NCBI GenBank assembly: GCA_030390025.1
Contig: CM059433.1
Span: 30,940,001-31,004,000, forward strand
Direction: 5' to 3'
From: Squalus acanthias
Lineage: Eukaryota
DNA length: 64,000 nt
The position numbers and the translations under genes are program-made. Shown in pieces: positions 25,031 to 37,669 of the stretch. The notes beneath the pieces are model-generated. The model saw nothing but the letters and a program-made list of their open reading frames with translations, searched no databases and was not told the DNA's origin. The stretch's first letter is position 1, and each line of letters starts with the position of its first letter.

Positions 25031-25557
25031 CATAGAAACATAGAAGATAGGAGCAGGAGTAGGCCAATCGGCCCCTCGAGCCTGCTCCGCCATTCAATGA
25101 GATCATGGCTGATCATCCAAATTCAGTACCCTGTCCCTGCTTTCTCCCCATATCCCTTGATCCTTTAGCTTTAAGAAATATATCCAACTCCTTCTTGAAT
25201 ATATTTAATGAATTGGCCTCTACTGCCTTCTGTGGTAGAGAATTCCACAGGTTCACCACTCTCTGGGTGAAGAAATTCCTCCTCATCTCAGTCCTAAATG
25301 GCTTACCCCTTATCCTTAGACTGTGACCCCTGGTTCTGGACTCACCAGCCATCGGGAACATCCTTCCTGCATCTAGTCTGACTAGTCCTGTTAGAATTTT
25401 ATAAGTTTCAATGAGATCCCCTCTCATTCTTCTAAACTCCAGCGAGTATAAGCCCAATCGACCCAATCTCTCCTCATACGTCATTCCTGCTATCCCAGAT
25501 ATCAGCCTGGTGAATCTTCGCTGCACTCCCTCCATGGCAAGAACATCCTTCCTCAGA
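25031..25557 (-). mobile_element. CR1 LINE 3' fragment
   Basis: Same subfamily as 44725-47158 and 1861-2244. Confidence 0.92.
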
Positions 25558-25683
25558 CGTCGGCTTGTGCTGGACACAAACACTATTTCCTCAGGAACAT
25601 GTGGCATCCAAGTCCTCACATCTGAGGAAAACATGGGACCACGGAATGATTTACTTATGGGGTTTTTCTTAGCTCATCACCAT

Positions 25684-26459
25684 GGCCCAGAATTTCCTGG
25701 AGTGGGGCATCTCGCGGCATGCTCTGTTAGTTAGGCTTTTCCCCTCAACCTTCAGCTCGAAATTTTGTGCGCCGTAACTTGCTGGACGTGCGAGCTGGTA
25801 ATGGCATGGCGAGGGCAATGGGGAATCTGGGACCTTGGTGAATAACGGGACCAACAGTCTATCTCCTCAACCAATGAGATTTAAGGATTGAGAAAGAAAC
25901 TGAGGAATGACAGAGAAGGAAATAGGGTGAATTAGAATCAATACAGGTACAGAAAGAGAAATAGAGAGGTACAGAAAGAGAAATAGAGAGAGGGAAAGAA
26001 AGGTTGGATTAAGAGAAAGACAAAAATGAGACAGAAAAGGAAAGTAAGAAAAAATTCAAAATTCAAAATTTGACATTTCTAAAATCTCTAAGAAGAATTT
26101 ACTACATGCAAGAATGAGATTGGACAGTTTAAATAGTTCCCTTTCTGGGCCACAGCGTTTGATTGGCATTGCATTAACCATTATCACTTGGTTAAAAAGG
26201 TACTTACGCTGTTAAGTTGGAACCCTAACTTTCTGTGGTGAACTTAATGAGCAATTAATGTGCAAATCCAGCAAGATCTTAAAAATAACCGGGAGGCTCA
26301 GGGCACAATGCCATTTGTGCAACGTAAATCGACCAGCAAATTCTGGAGATTCGCAACTCACTGCGTATCTCTTAATTCCCTGAACTTGCCTGCTGATTTG
26401 CGCATTAATAACAGTGTGTGTCGTTAACACACCATTATTTTTCCAGCAAGATCCGGCCC
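25684..26459. mobile_element. Harbinger-type MITE
   Basis: GGCCCAGAATTT ... agatccggccc; sibling of 8817-9503. Confidence 0.7.
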
Positions 26460-26821
26460 AATATGTCCTTGTTTACAGCTCATTGAGCAGCTAACTGAAG
26501 CCTTATGGGAGGTTTATTATTTTCATCATAACATGATCATGGTCGGTAATGTGAGGACTAAGTTAAATTGATATTTAAATACAGTCGTAGTGTAGCCAAT
26601 AACAAATCATAATTCGTTATCACAAATCCTATTGGCTTTCCTATTAATTTTGTATGTGTCTGGCATCATTCTATTGCTCTCCGTTTCAGGCAACTTGTTG
26701 CAGATTGGGTCATTCTGTTTTCCCACACAGAGGAGTGATGTCGCTATTCGGAGTTAAAGTTCCCTCAGAGCTGACGCTGAGACACACAGCTACTGTTTCT
26801 GTTTCCATTCTGTGCCTTTAC

Positions 26822-26918
26822 CTGTAGCTGTTGACCTCATCCCAGCAGCGACCCCTGTTCTGGCAGGGACTAGAGAGGCACTCGTTGGTGTCAATTTCAC
26901 AGTGAGTTCCTTCGAATC
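26822..26918 (-). CDS. EYS: EYS internal coding exon, 97 bp (Ca-binding EGF); not captured in frame by the ORF track
   Basis: Acceptor ctatcctttcAG|GATTC and donor TACAG|GTAAAG. Reads (G)[31 protein letters not shown](R). Phase 1 to 2, joining the 260-bp exon in frame (G|GA). Confidence 0.93.
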
Positions 26919-27249
26919 CTGAAAGGATAGATGAGACGGGCATGGATCAGTGAGCTCCAGTACATGGTGTGAATGGCAGCATCGTGATAACATTGGCCCC
27001 AGTGGGCACAATCTTAATGGAACGAGTAACCCCAATAGCCTATCTTATCTTTCAGACTTCACATGCACCATCCCACTTAGACCATAAAAAAACTCAAATC
27101 ATACTTTAAAAAGGAGGTGGATTGGTTGAAATGAGGAAACTTCTGCTCACTGAATCTACACAAGAGAGAGAGGGGAAAAAAAAACTTGTTTAAAAAAATA
27201 TTTTTGCTATTACGGATGAGCTCCTATCACATTTAAAGTCACCAACATT

Positions 27250-27660
27250 CTTGAATTTTAAAATTCTCATTCTTGTTTTCAAATCTCTCCATGACCTCGC
27301 CCCCTCTCCATCTCTGTAATCTCCTCCAGCCCTACAACCCTCTGAGATATCTGCGCTCCTCCAATTCTGGCCTCTTGCGCATCCCCGATTTTAATCGCTC
27401 CACCATTGGCGGCCATGCCGTCAGCTGCCTAGGCCCCAAGCTCTGGAATCTCCTCCCTAAACCCCTCCGCCTCTCTACCTTTCTCTCCTCCTTTAAGCTG
27501 CTCCTTAAAACCTACCTCTTTGACTAAGCTTTTGGCCACCTACCCTGATATCTCCTTTTGTGGCTCGGTGTCAAATTTTGTTTGATAATCGCTCCTGTGA
27601 AGCGCCTTGGGGCGTATTACGACATTAAAAGCGCTATATAAATGCCAGTGGTGTTGTTGC
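27250..27660 (+). mobile_element. L2 LINE 3' fragment
   Basis: PLRYLRSSNSGLL...PKLWNLLP...LKTYLFD and the tail gcgctatataaatgc. Confidence 0.9.
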
Positions 27661-28313
27661 TGAATTTATGAAAATAAAGATTGTAGTCCAAGTTCCATCG
27701 TGTTCAGACTCTACACTGGGATTATACTCATGCAATGCCTGTATTTTTGATATGTTATTCATTGTGATTCCATCTTATTGTTGCCAGGAGTACTAATTTC
27801 ATTGTTCGTTCTGTTATTTTAATAAATGTAATAACCTCAATTGAAAAATAAAATAATTGTTAAAACTAACTTATTAAGGGTGTCCCAGTATTTGGCACCT
27901 GGGTGTAAAGGTGTAATGAGATATGCACTGGAGAAAAAAAGGGCAACAGAAATCCTAATATTGTAATATTTCTTTGGAAATTTGTTTGCCTCATAACTTG
28001 ATGGGAACGGTGCTTCAGCAATGGTTTACTGCCAGTGTTTGCTCCCAGCTTCAGTCCCTCATTTGTGGAAGTTTTGATGCTAAAATTCGCTTCAACGCCC
28101 CTGGGCTAGGGAGGGAGGAAAAAAAAAATTCAGCTGGGGTTGCAGCTCCTGATTGCTATCCTGCAACTCCCATTGGGAATTGTGCACCGTGTGTGAGGGG
28201 ATGCCAGGCAAGGACACTTTCAGTCACTTTAATTCTCTGCCCCAGTTGCACTCGGACCTTGGCCTCCTAAACTGTTCCAATGAAGCTCAACGTAAGCTCA
28301 AGGAACAGCACCC

Positions 28314-29013
28314 CATAAGAACATAAGAAATAGGAGCAGGAGTAGGCCCTTTGGCCCCTTGAGCCTGCTCCGCCATTTAATAAGATCATGGCTGATCTTC
28401 TACCTCATCTCCACCTTCCTGCACTATCCCCATATCCCTTAATTCCCTAAATATTCAAAAATCTATCGATCCCTGTCTTGAATATACTCAACGACTGAGC
28501 CTCCACAGCCCTCTGGGGTAGAGAATTCCAAAGATTCACCACCCTCTGAGTGAAGAGATTTCTCCTCATCTCAGTCCTAAATGGCCGACCCCTTATTCTG
28601 AGATTGTGACCCCTGGTTCTAGACTCCCCAGCTAAGGGAAACATCCTCCCTGCATCTACCCTGTCAAGCCCTGTAAGAATTTTGTATGTTTCAATGAGAT
28701 TACCTCTCATTCTTCTAAACTCTAGAGAATATAGGCCTAGTCTATTCAATTTGTCCTCATAGGACAATCCCCCCATCCCAGGAACCAGTCTGGTGAACCT
28801 TTGTTGCACTCCCTCTATGGCAAGTATATCCTTCCTTAGGTAAGGAGACCAAAACTGTACACAATACTCCAGGTGTGGTCTCACCAGGGCCCTATATAAT
28901 TGCAGTAAGACGTCTTTACTCTTATACTCAAATCCTCTTGTAATAAAGACCAACATACCATTTGCTTTCCTAATTGCTTGCTGTACCTGCATGTTAACTC
29001 TCAGTGATTCGTG
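28314..29013 (-). mobile_element. CR1 LINE 3' fragment
   Basis: ORF 28447-28992 with LYRALVRPHLEYCVQFWSP. Confidence 0.93.
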
Positions 29014-29650
29014 TCATCTTTCAATTAGGCACTTTACAGCTTTCTAGACTCAACAATTTCAGATCATAACCTCTGTCCCCATTTTTTTTGAATGGCAACT
29101 GTTGATGATTCTGTTATTCCTATTTACACCTCCTCTAGACCCATCTTTTGTTTCTTTACTTGTCCCATTACCATCTCCTTTTGCCTTGCACCATCATCCC
29201 TTTTGTCATTATGGGGGAAAAATTCATCCCCTTAGCGCATCCCATTAGCGCCAGTAGATGGCGTTAATGGGGCGCTAGACCAGTATCACCGGGGCGAATC
29301 CTGCGCCGCACGCCAAATCTGCCCCCACCCCCATAGTGCCGCTGGTAAGAGGTATCGGCAGGAACGTCAACGCGAGGTAGATCATGGCGTCAGTGAGCGT
29401 GCAACGCTCACTGACTGCCCGATTTGCAAAATTGATTCTCGCCACTTACCTCACCGCCTGGAGTAAACACCGGCAGGGAGAGCTGGCTTGCAGCACCAGG
29501 AAGCCAGCTCCAGGGACGTTATTTAAAGGGATCATCAGTAATCACTCGCAGCTGTCAGGTTAGTGCAGTTCCAGTGGTTTTTTGTTAGTTTCACCCACTG
29601 CAATAGTTTCATTCAGTAGTTACATTTATTCTTCAAAGATTCAAACTGCT

Positions 29651-29807
29651 ACTAAAAAAACAACAGAAAATGCTGGAAACCTTCGTCAGAGACCTGAAAC
29701 GTTAACTCTGTTTTTCTCTCTCCACAGATGCTGCCTGACCTGCTGAGTGTTTCCAGCATTTTCTGTTGTTATTTCAGATTTCCAGCATCCGCAGTATTTT
29801 GCTATTG
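29651..29807 (+). mobile_element. Penelope pLTR fragment with a short inverted 5' piece
   Basis: 11-bp TSD TTCAAACTGCT at 29640-29650 and 29808-29818. Confidence 0.82.
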
Positions 29808-29834
29808 TTCAAACTGCTGCACTTGGTAACATTA

Positions 29835-30678
29835 TTTTCTTCACCGGTGGATCCTTCCAGTCTGCAACAGGAGACATATACCTAACATCTCACAGTTTGC
29901 CATCCATCGCTGCATCCAGGAGGTCACTGAGGCTTTCTACAGCAGGAGAAGGGACTACATTGGCTTCCCGATCATCAGAGAGAAGCAGGATGAGCATGCA
30001 TGTGGCTTTGCCAGGATAGCGGGCTTCTCCATGGTGCAGGGTACCATCAAATGCACCCATGTGGCTTTGCGGGCACCGCATAACAATCCTGAGATCTTCC
30101 GTAACCACAAAGGCTACCACTCACTTAATGTGCAGTTGATGTGTGACCACAGACAGTGAATCCTTAATGTCAATGCCCACTATCCTGACAGCAGCCACGA
30201 TGCCTTCATCCTGCACCTGCCAGCACTCTTCCAGCCACCACGCCAAGCTCGAGGGTGGCTGCTCAGAGACAAGGGCTATCCGCTCTCCACCTGGCTCATG
30301 ACTCCCCTCCACAACCTCAACACTTGTGTCCAGCACTCATATAATGACAGCCATGCTGCCACCAGGAACATCATCGAGCAGACCATCGGCTTACTGAAGC
30401 AACGATTCCACTGCCTTGACCGCTCGGGAGGAGCCCTCAAGTACTCACCAGTGCGGGTGTCCCATTTCGTGGTGGTCTGCTGCATACTCCACAACTTGGC
30501 CATCATGAGGGCGCAGCCCTTGCCAGCAGGGATTGTGGGACCACCTCAAGCGGAGGATGAGGCAGATTAGGATGAGGAGGAGGAGGACGAGGGGGAGGAG
30601 GAACAGGAAGGAGGGAGGAGGCAACGAGACAATGAGCCTTCTGGACGGGCTGTCCGTGACCGGCTCATCAGACTCTGA
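29835..30678 (+). pseudogene. Harbinger DDE transposase (HARBI1-like), disrupted
   Basis: TGGSFQSATGD...GFSMVQGTIKCTHV...RNHKGYHSLNVQLMCD...SSHDAFIL...DKGYP...YNDSHAATRNIIEQTIGLLKQRFHCL...CCILHN. Has a frameshift and stops; the first catalytic D is replaced by K; the N-terminus is missing. Confidence 0.9.
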
Positions 30679-31048
30679 TTCACATGAATGAAACCCCAGA
30701 TGCCCGTAGCTCACCACATCCCCATCATACAATCCTTGTTTCATGGCGTATTACAGCGTCCTCCTGGGCGCAAAGGTGAAATGAGAGAGACCACAAAATA
30801 TTCCAAAGACCATTAATAAAGTTATCTATAAACATATCACGCATATCTCATGAATTCTAATAACTAATGACCTTTATGCCTGCCATAGTTGAATAGCTGG
30901 CATTGTGTGCAAGGTGTGAGATGTGGGTGTGAGTGTTGCTAGGTAGAGATTGTTGGTGGGTGATTGCTGGGGGTGTGGTGCTTTGGGCAGTTTGTGAAGA
31001 TTGTGGTACAGATGGTGGTGTGTAGCATTTGTTGAAGCATTCACTCAC

Positions 31049-31291
31049 CCTGACCACCCGAGTGAGGTCGTTAAATTTCTTCCTGTACTGTGTTTGGGTC
31101 CTGTGGACCACAGTACTGCCCGAGACGTGATGCACTACCACGCTCCACATGGTGTGGAAGACTTGTGGCGAGGGCCTCCTGCCACTTGCCAGGTAGAGCA
31201 CCGCCCTCTGTCTCTCCACAGCGAAAACCAATGCTTCCAATGCTTCATCGGAGAATCTGCAAGCTCTCTCCCTGGGGCATGGACCTGCCAT
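31049..31291 (-). pseudogene. Harbinger Myb/SANT-like DNA-binding protein, first coding exon (still open)
   Basis: MAGPCPRERACRFSDEALEALVFAVERQRAVLY...WSVVVHHVSG...RTQTQYRKKFNDLTRVVR followed by the donor GTGAGT. Confidence 0.85.
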
Positions 31292-31312
31292 GAGCACACC
31301 TGGTTCAGTCCT

Positions 31313-31346
31313 CCAGCTCCTTCTCCTTCTCCTTCTCCTTCTCCTT

Positions 31347-31402
<56 letters not shown>

Positions 31403-31428
31403 TCTGCTTCTGCTTCTGCTTCTGCTTG
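31313..31428. repeat. Compound hexamer microsatellite (CCTTCT)n(CCTGCT)n(TCTGCT)n
   Basis: Directly visible. Confidence 0.95.
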
Positions 31429-32229
31429 CTGAGGCAGCTGCACAGCCAGCAATGCTGAGAATGAGGTGCTGCAGCATCAATGACCCTCCCCTTTAAGTAG
31501 TGAAAAAAGCCTGTGGCAATGATGAGTTGCGATTAGACTGCATCCGATATTGGTCCACCCATTAAGTCTAACGCCAATGAGCTTGGGTTTTAAGAGTTGA
31601 TTTAGGACTCCAATCATTTTATTGAGCAGTGAGCATGAATTTCTCGTGCAGTCTAAAGCATTTGAGCCTGGTGCTAATTCTCCAACTTTTCTACTGACAT
31701 CGCCCATTCCTTGGCTATAACTAATTTCTAGCCATATATCTCCTGCCTTCCACCCTATCACAGACTTTCCCTTTTGTTCTTTCCTCCCTCCGCCGACCCC
31801 CACCCCCTTCCCCTGCCTCTGTACTTGCTTAAAACCTGCTACAGCTCTAACTTTTTCCACTTCTGATGAAAGGTCATCGACCTGAAACATTAACTCTGTT
31901 TCTCTCACCACAGATGCTGCCTGACCTGCTGATTATTTCCAGCATTTTCTGTTTTTAATTAAGGACAGGAGCTGGCTCAGCTGTGACTCTCTGCACCCCC
32001 TGGTTGAACAGCTGTTTGACAATCACTGTTTAGGTTCGGGCATGAAGCTAGGTTCTGACCGGGGACCACCACCTGTGGAGGTGCACCCTGGCAAGGGTCA
32101 GTGCCTTGAGGGGCCAAATGAGGCGAGATGGGTTGGGGTGTCAGGGGAAGGAAATATTAAGGAACTGAATCCATTTTACAACAGTAAACTAAGACAGCCA
32201 TTTTAAATGCTCTTTTTAAAAACATTTCA

Positions 32230-32475
32230 AAGGGGGAGATGAAGAGAATTGTTTTTACGCAGTGAGTTTTTAGGATTTGGCTGAAAGGGTGGTGGAAGCA
32301 GATTAAATAGTAACATTCAAAAGGGAATTAGATAAATACTAGAAGGGGAGAAAATTTACAGGGCAATGGGGAAAGTCCGTGGGAGTGGGATTAATTGGAT
32401 AGCTCTTTCAAAGAGCCGGCACAGGCACGCTGGGCCGAATGGCCTCCTTCTGTGCTGTAAGATTCGATGATTCTG
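32230..32475 (+). mobile_element. CR1 3' fragment
   Basis: ggccgaatggcctccttctgtgctgtaa 3' UTR. Confidence 0.8.
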
Positions 32476-33089
32476 TGTTCTCAATGTAAAATGTGCCTCT
32501 CTCAGCCAACACAAGGAACGTGATGATTTCGGGTACGTTCTCAGGCTTCCATTTTCAAATATTTTAAACCCTCTGAAACCAAAATCCGACTTTCATCCAA
32601 CACAAACATTTTGATGTAAGGCAACAATTATTAAAGATTTTTAAAAAAAATATGCAAAAGGCTTAGGCAGGAGTTGCACAATCTAATTTCTTGAGGAAAT
32701 GACATTGGATTAGAAGCCAGCATCCTTAACAGCATGCCAGCAGCTCTATTATTCATAAAAATTAATTATATCATATGAATTTGAAAGGAATATGGATTGC
32801 TTGTGTCTGTTTCCAATCATCTCCTCGATCCCAATCTACTCCATGGAACAAATGAATGACAGAATAAATTAGGGACGATGTCCTTATCGCAAGTTTCTGC
32901 ACCAACCATTAATTCCCACCTACATGTTTCTTGCATAGTCACAAGTAGAGTGATGCTAATAGTTGTGTCTCGACACTGCTAAAGCAAGGGAGAATCTGAA
33001 ATATACAAGCTTGGAAACAGATCATCACATCCAGTTCAAACTGGAATATGATTCATGGCACCAAATTGCAAAAACTCCAAACTGAGACG

Positions 33090-33520
33090 GTTATTGAACA
33101 AAAAGTACTTGCTGGCAGGAATTATCTAGGTTAGATATCGGGAAGGTTCTCTCATCGTAGCGGGTCACCGACCTTTGCACTAAGTTGCTGGCTTGTGCAG
33201 TGAGTGCAGGTTCGCTGAAAGCGTTCAAAAAGGAGTTGGACGAGTTACTTGAAGAGGCCGATACTGCCACGTGCAAAAGGTAGGTGGGATGTTAGGTGGT
33301 GTAGCTCGTGGAAACTTACCTCCTGGAACTCGCTTCTGATTGAACACTGGGGGTCGGAGAGGAATTTCCCTTCAGTTCCTCCCCTTGAATTGCCTTTGGG
33401 TTTTTTTTTTCTATTTGTTTTGTGTTTGTCCTCTCCCAGGAAACGCTGGTGGGTGGTGTACTTAGAGTATCGTGATATTTAGTTGCAATGTTACTGAATC
33501 GGACAGACTCAATGAACCAG
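33090..33520 (+). mobile_element. Older CR1 3' fragment
   Basis: RLDIGKVLSS*RVTDLCTKL...LKAFKKELDELL followed by a CR1-type 3' UTR. Confidence 0.65.
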
Positions 33521-33537
33521 CTGTTTTTTTCCATTGA

Positions 33538-35120
33538 AACATAGAATGATACAGCACAGAAGGAGGCCATTCAGCCCATCGTGCCTGTGCCGGCTCTTTG
33601 AAAGAGCTATCAAATTAGTTCCACTTTCCTGCTCTTTCCCCATAGCCCTGCAAATTTTCCCCTTTCAAGTATTTATCCAATTCGCTTTTGAAAGTTACTG
33701 TTGAATCTATTTTTCAGGCAGTGCATTCCAGATCATAACAACTCGCTGCGTAAAAAAATTCTCCTCATCTCCCCTCTAGGTCTTTTGCCAATTACCTTAA
33801 ATCTGCGCCCTCTGGTTACCAACCCTCCTGCCAGTGGAAACAGTTTCTCCTGATCTACTCTATCAAAACCCTTCATAACGTTGAACACCTCTATTAAATC
33901 TCCTTCTAACCATCTCTGCTCTAAGGAAAACAATCCCAGCTTCTCTAACCTCTTCACATAACTGAAGAACCTCATCCTTGGTCCCATTCTAAGGAGAACA
34001 ACCCCAGCTTCTCCTGTCTCTCCACATAACTGAAGTCGCTCATTCCTGATACCATTCCAGTAAATCTCCTCTGCACCCTCTCCAAGACCTTGACATCCTT
34101 CTTAAAGTGTGGAGCCCAGAATTGGACACAATACTCCAGCTGGGGCCTAACCAGTGTTTTATACAGGTTTAGCATAACTTTCTTGCTTTTGTTCTCTATG
34201 GGGGCGATTTTGCCAGCCCTGGGAAGGCGGGTATGGAGGCGGGACTGCCTGGAAAATGGCAGAATTTGGGGGTGGGTGCCCAACCTGTCCCCAACCCGCC
34301 TCCATGCCATCTTCCTAGGAGGCGGGTAGCTGTCCCGCGCTGGGTCCCGTCTCCTTGGAGGCAGGAAGGGATTAAAGCCTATTAACTGCTTGTTAACAGG
34401 TAGTTAACAGGCAGAAAATAGGATTATCCCCTTTTTGCCCTCACAAGTGCGGGCTTCCCGAAGGCTCCAAAACCCGCCAGGTCAGCAAGGCGAGTACTGG
34501 GTCTGCGGGGGTGCAAAAGTGTGGTGTGAAGGTAAGTGAAGGGTGCAAGAGTGTAGAGGTGAGTATCTGAGGTAAGTGTTAGTAAAAGTGTACTTACCTT
34601 TGTTTCTTCCTGCAGGCTTCAGTCGGTGTGTATGCGGAGAGTCTCAGACCTCCGTGTTGTAGATGAGAGATGGCTGTTGCATTCTCAGATGCAACAACCA
34701 TCTAATTTCTGTAAAAGAAAGAAGTTTGATGAGGTCTTGAATTCATGACCTCATCAAACGACAGAGAATGTCACTGTATGACAGCTTCACAGAGCTGTCA
34801 AACGATGACAATTCATCTGCAACCGGCTTTCCCTTAATTGGCCTGCTAAGCCCGCTGGGCGGGTTGAACAAGGTCAATCAAGGGAAAATAGCATGGGTTG
34901 GCCACAAATCGATGGAGGCGGGACATCGACCTGCCAAGCAGCAGTCCCGCCTCCAACGCGCCCCCATTAACAAAATCGCCCCCTATATGTCTCTGTTTAT
35001 AAAGCCAAGAATCCCATATGCTTTTTTAACCGCCTTCTCAACTTGTCCTGCCACCTTCAAAAATTTGTGTATGTAAATTTGGTCTCTCTGTTCCTGCACC
35101 TCCCTTTAAATCTGTACCAT
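33538..35120 (-). mobile_element. CR1 3' fragments (two joined) split by a MITE
   Basis: LYKTLVRPQLEYCVQFWAP; the sequence resumes after 34986. Confidence 0.85.
34200..34983. mobile_element. Harbinger-type MITE, complete
   Basis: Perfect 13-bp TIR GGGGGCGATTTTG; TSD TAT. Confidence 0.9.
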
Positions 35121-35681
35121 TAAAATTAAATTCAAATTCTGGATTTGAACTCACGTTGAATGGATTATGAATCCAGTAACATAACCAGTAAACTACAATA
35201 CCCTCCTACACAAAGCTTCCACACACTTCCACTGGTCCCTGCTTAGCATCTGCTCCAGATGACAGCAAAGATTGGAATCTCACCAGTTGACGAACAGCAG
35301 GAATAAAACCCACCTCCTAATCCCTCATTCACAGAAGCCTCGACTCACTGGTACAAGTGGCTAAGCTCGGCAGTAGTACGAGATTTTCCGTGGCCAGCTC
35401 ACTGGTATGGTCACTCCCCGGTTGCACATGCAGCTCTGGATTTTTGCAGCCAGGTAGCCTAATGGCAGGTCGGAACATTGCAATTCAGTAAAACTGAAAG
35501 GGACACAGGCAATTAAAAATAAGTGGCAGAATAGGAGGCCTAGAATTTCTCACTGCCTTTGTAATGGCTCAAAGGTACTTTCTATCCATTGAAAGTCTTT
35601 GCCACGTGTAAAAGGGTGGCGGGGGAGGGGGTGGGGGGAGAGGGTGGAGAAGGAACAAGCAATAAATAAATCTCAATTTGA

Positions 35682-35997
35682 AAAGAAAGAACTTGCATTT
35701 ATCTAGCGCCTTACATGACCTCAGGATGTCCCAAAGCACTTTACAGCCGAATAAAGTATTTTTTGAAGTGTTGTCACTGTTGGAATGTAGGAATCATAGC
35801 AGCCAATTTGCGCACAGCAAGGTCCCACAAACAACAATATGATAATGACCAGATAATCTGTTTTAGTGATATTGATTGAGGGATAATAATTGGCCAGCAC
35901 ACCAGGGAGAACACTCCTGCTCTTCTTCGAAGTAGTGCCATGGGATCGTTTACGTCCACCTGAGAGAGCAGACAGGGCATCGGTTTAACGTCTCATT
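35682..35997 (-). mobile_element. SacSINE1-like SINE (5'-truncated)
   Basis: Reverse complement of the Deu body and tail. Confidence 0.82.
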
Positions 35998-36004
35998 GAC
36001 GTCA

Positions 36005-36245
36005 CAGAGTCATAGAATCATAACGGCACAGAAGGAGGCATTCGGCCCATTGAGTCTGTGCCGGCTCTCTGTAGAACAAACCAATTAGTCCCATTCCCCC
36101 GCACTATCCCTGTAGCCCTGCAAGTTTATTTCCCTCAAGTGCCTATCCAGTCTCCCCTTGAAAACATAGAGTGTCTCCGCTTCCACCACTTCCATCGGCA
36201 GGGAATTCCAGGTCATCACCACTCGCTGCGTAAAAAAGTTTTTCC
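36005..36245 (-). mobile_element. CR1 3' fragment
   Basis: catagaatcataacggcacagaaggaggc. Confidence 0.78.
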
Positions 36246-37669
36246 ACAGTGAAGTCGGAAATCAAAATGACCCCCCTGGTCTCACCTAGGCAGCAATAGG
36301 GAATGCTGAAATGGCTCCAATGCTTCTGAAATAAGGAGATAAAGAGGGGAGGGGGAAAACAACTAATCAACATTGCACGTATACAAGGGGAGGATGAGGC
36401 TTGACAGTGATGTTCCCCACTTTTTGAAAAGTCCGCCAGCACTCGCCACCTCGGCTCACATATAAAGGAAGGGGCAGTTTTTGAATTACCAACGGCCTGA
36501 TGGCAGTGCTTCTATGACAGGAGGAAGGGGGAAGAGATCTAAATTGAAAAATAAAATGTTGAGATGATCTAACAGCAAGCAGACCTCAGAACTGCCTCTA
36601 TCATATAAAACACATCGGGTGAAATAAGGAAGCACTTTCTGTGCAAGTAAAGTGCAATTAAAAAATATATTTAAGCAAAGTAGAACCTATGATGCAGTGC
36701 AGGATTTTTTCTTTTGATAAGCTTTTAGATTTTTTTTAAATTGTAAATATTTTTTTTTCAAAGCTCTTATGCTGCCACCTTGCTCTGATATTAAATTAAG
36801 CAGAAGCTCAGGCATATGTCTGAAAATGGGAATGATTTTACTCTGATAATATTTAGTGGTACAGGTGTCAGGGTAATAAGCACATTTAAATGCAACCATT
36901 TGCTGCCTCTGCTTGTGCAAATCACTCAAGCTTAGGCCTCAAATTGCAAATCAATAGCAACCATAAATGATCTGATCCAGGCAAAATTTTTAAAGGTACT
37001 GGGGTTGTGGCTCTTATTGCCTGCTCAAATGACTTAGCATCAAATTTCATTCCTTGACCTTGTCCTCCTGACAGGATGTATTGGTTTCAGATCCTGAAAG
37101 TAGCAACTATATTTTTTTTACCTTTCTAAAAAAGCCTGCATCATTGGATCAATACCAAAGTACAGAACGCTTATAAAGTAACATCAATAACCACCGTGAA
37201 GTTGGCTGACAGTTTTACTGGATGTTCCAACACTTTTGACAAATAAGTACTGAAATAATCTTTCAAACCTTTCATGCCGCGTCAAAACAATAAATGAATT
37301 TAGCAATGGACAATGCTGTCAGTCTCAGGAAACCACCTCAGGGAAAATTAGTCCAATCAGAGGGAATGTAAAGCGAATGTCCTAATAGCCAAAGTGACAT
37401 TCAGGTTTCTTTCAGACTCCTGCTAGTCTCCTGAAGCAGTTTTGAATTTGCTGGATTCAAATTCCAAGAAAAGTGCTATTACTACGGATTGCCTGCTAAC
37501 AGCCTGCTCTCTCTTTGCAGCCTTCAAGGCATCCAATACCTTCTCTGAATGATTCGTTTGGGGCAAAAATCTGATTGATTAACTCTTTCGTACTTGCACA
37601 AGTTTCTTAATTGAAGAGTTCTTAATCATTAAGGGGAGGGATGCTGACTCACATTTGTATCAGGAGCTG

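Larger units (their letters stand above)
29213..31734. mobile_element. PIF/Harbinger element, decayed two-gene type
   Basis: Ends GGGGGAAAAATT / AATTTCTAGCCA; TSD TAT; convergent transposase and Myb/SANT genes. Confidence 0.88.
28217..31958 (+). mobile_element. Penelope 3' fragment plus pLTR, interrupted by CR1 and Harbinger insertions
   Basis: Pieces 28217-28313, 29014-29212 and 31735-31958 join into the sequence seen at 3838-4417; flanked by an AAGGACA duplication. Confidence 0.8.

Noticed and set aside
27878..27907. Tc1-like terminal repeat (reverse complement TACACCCAGGTGCCAAATACTGGGACACCC)
   Set aside because: Only one end was found, with no partner TIR or transposase; too weak to call.
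31290..31496. Poly-Leu and poly-AP ORFs on +
   Set aside because: Artefacts of the hexamer microsatellite.
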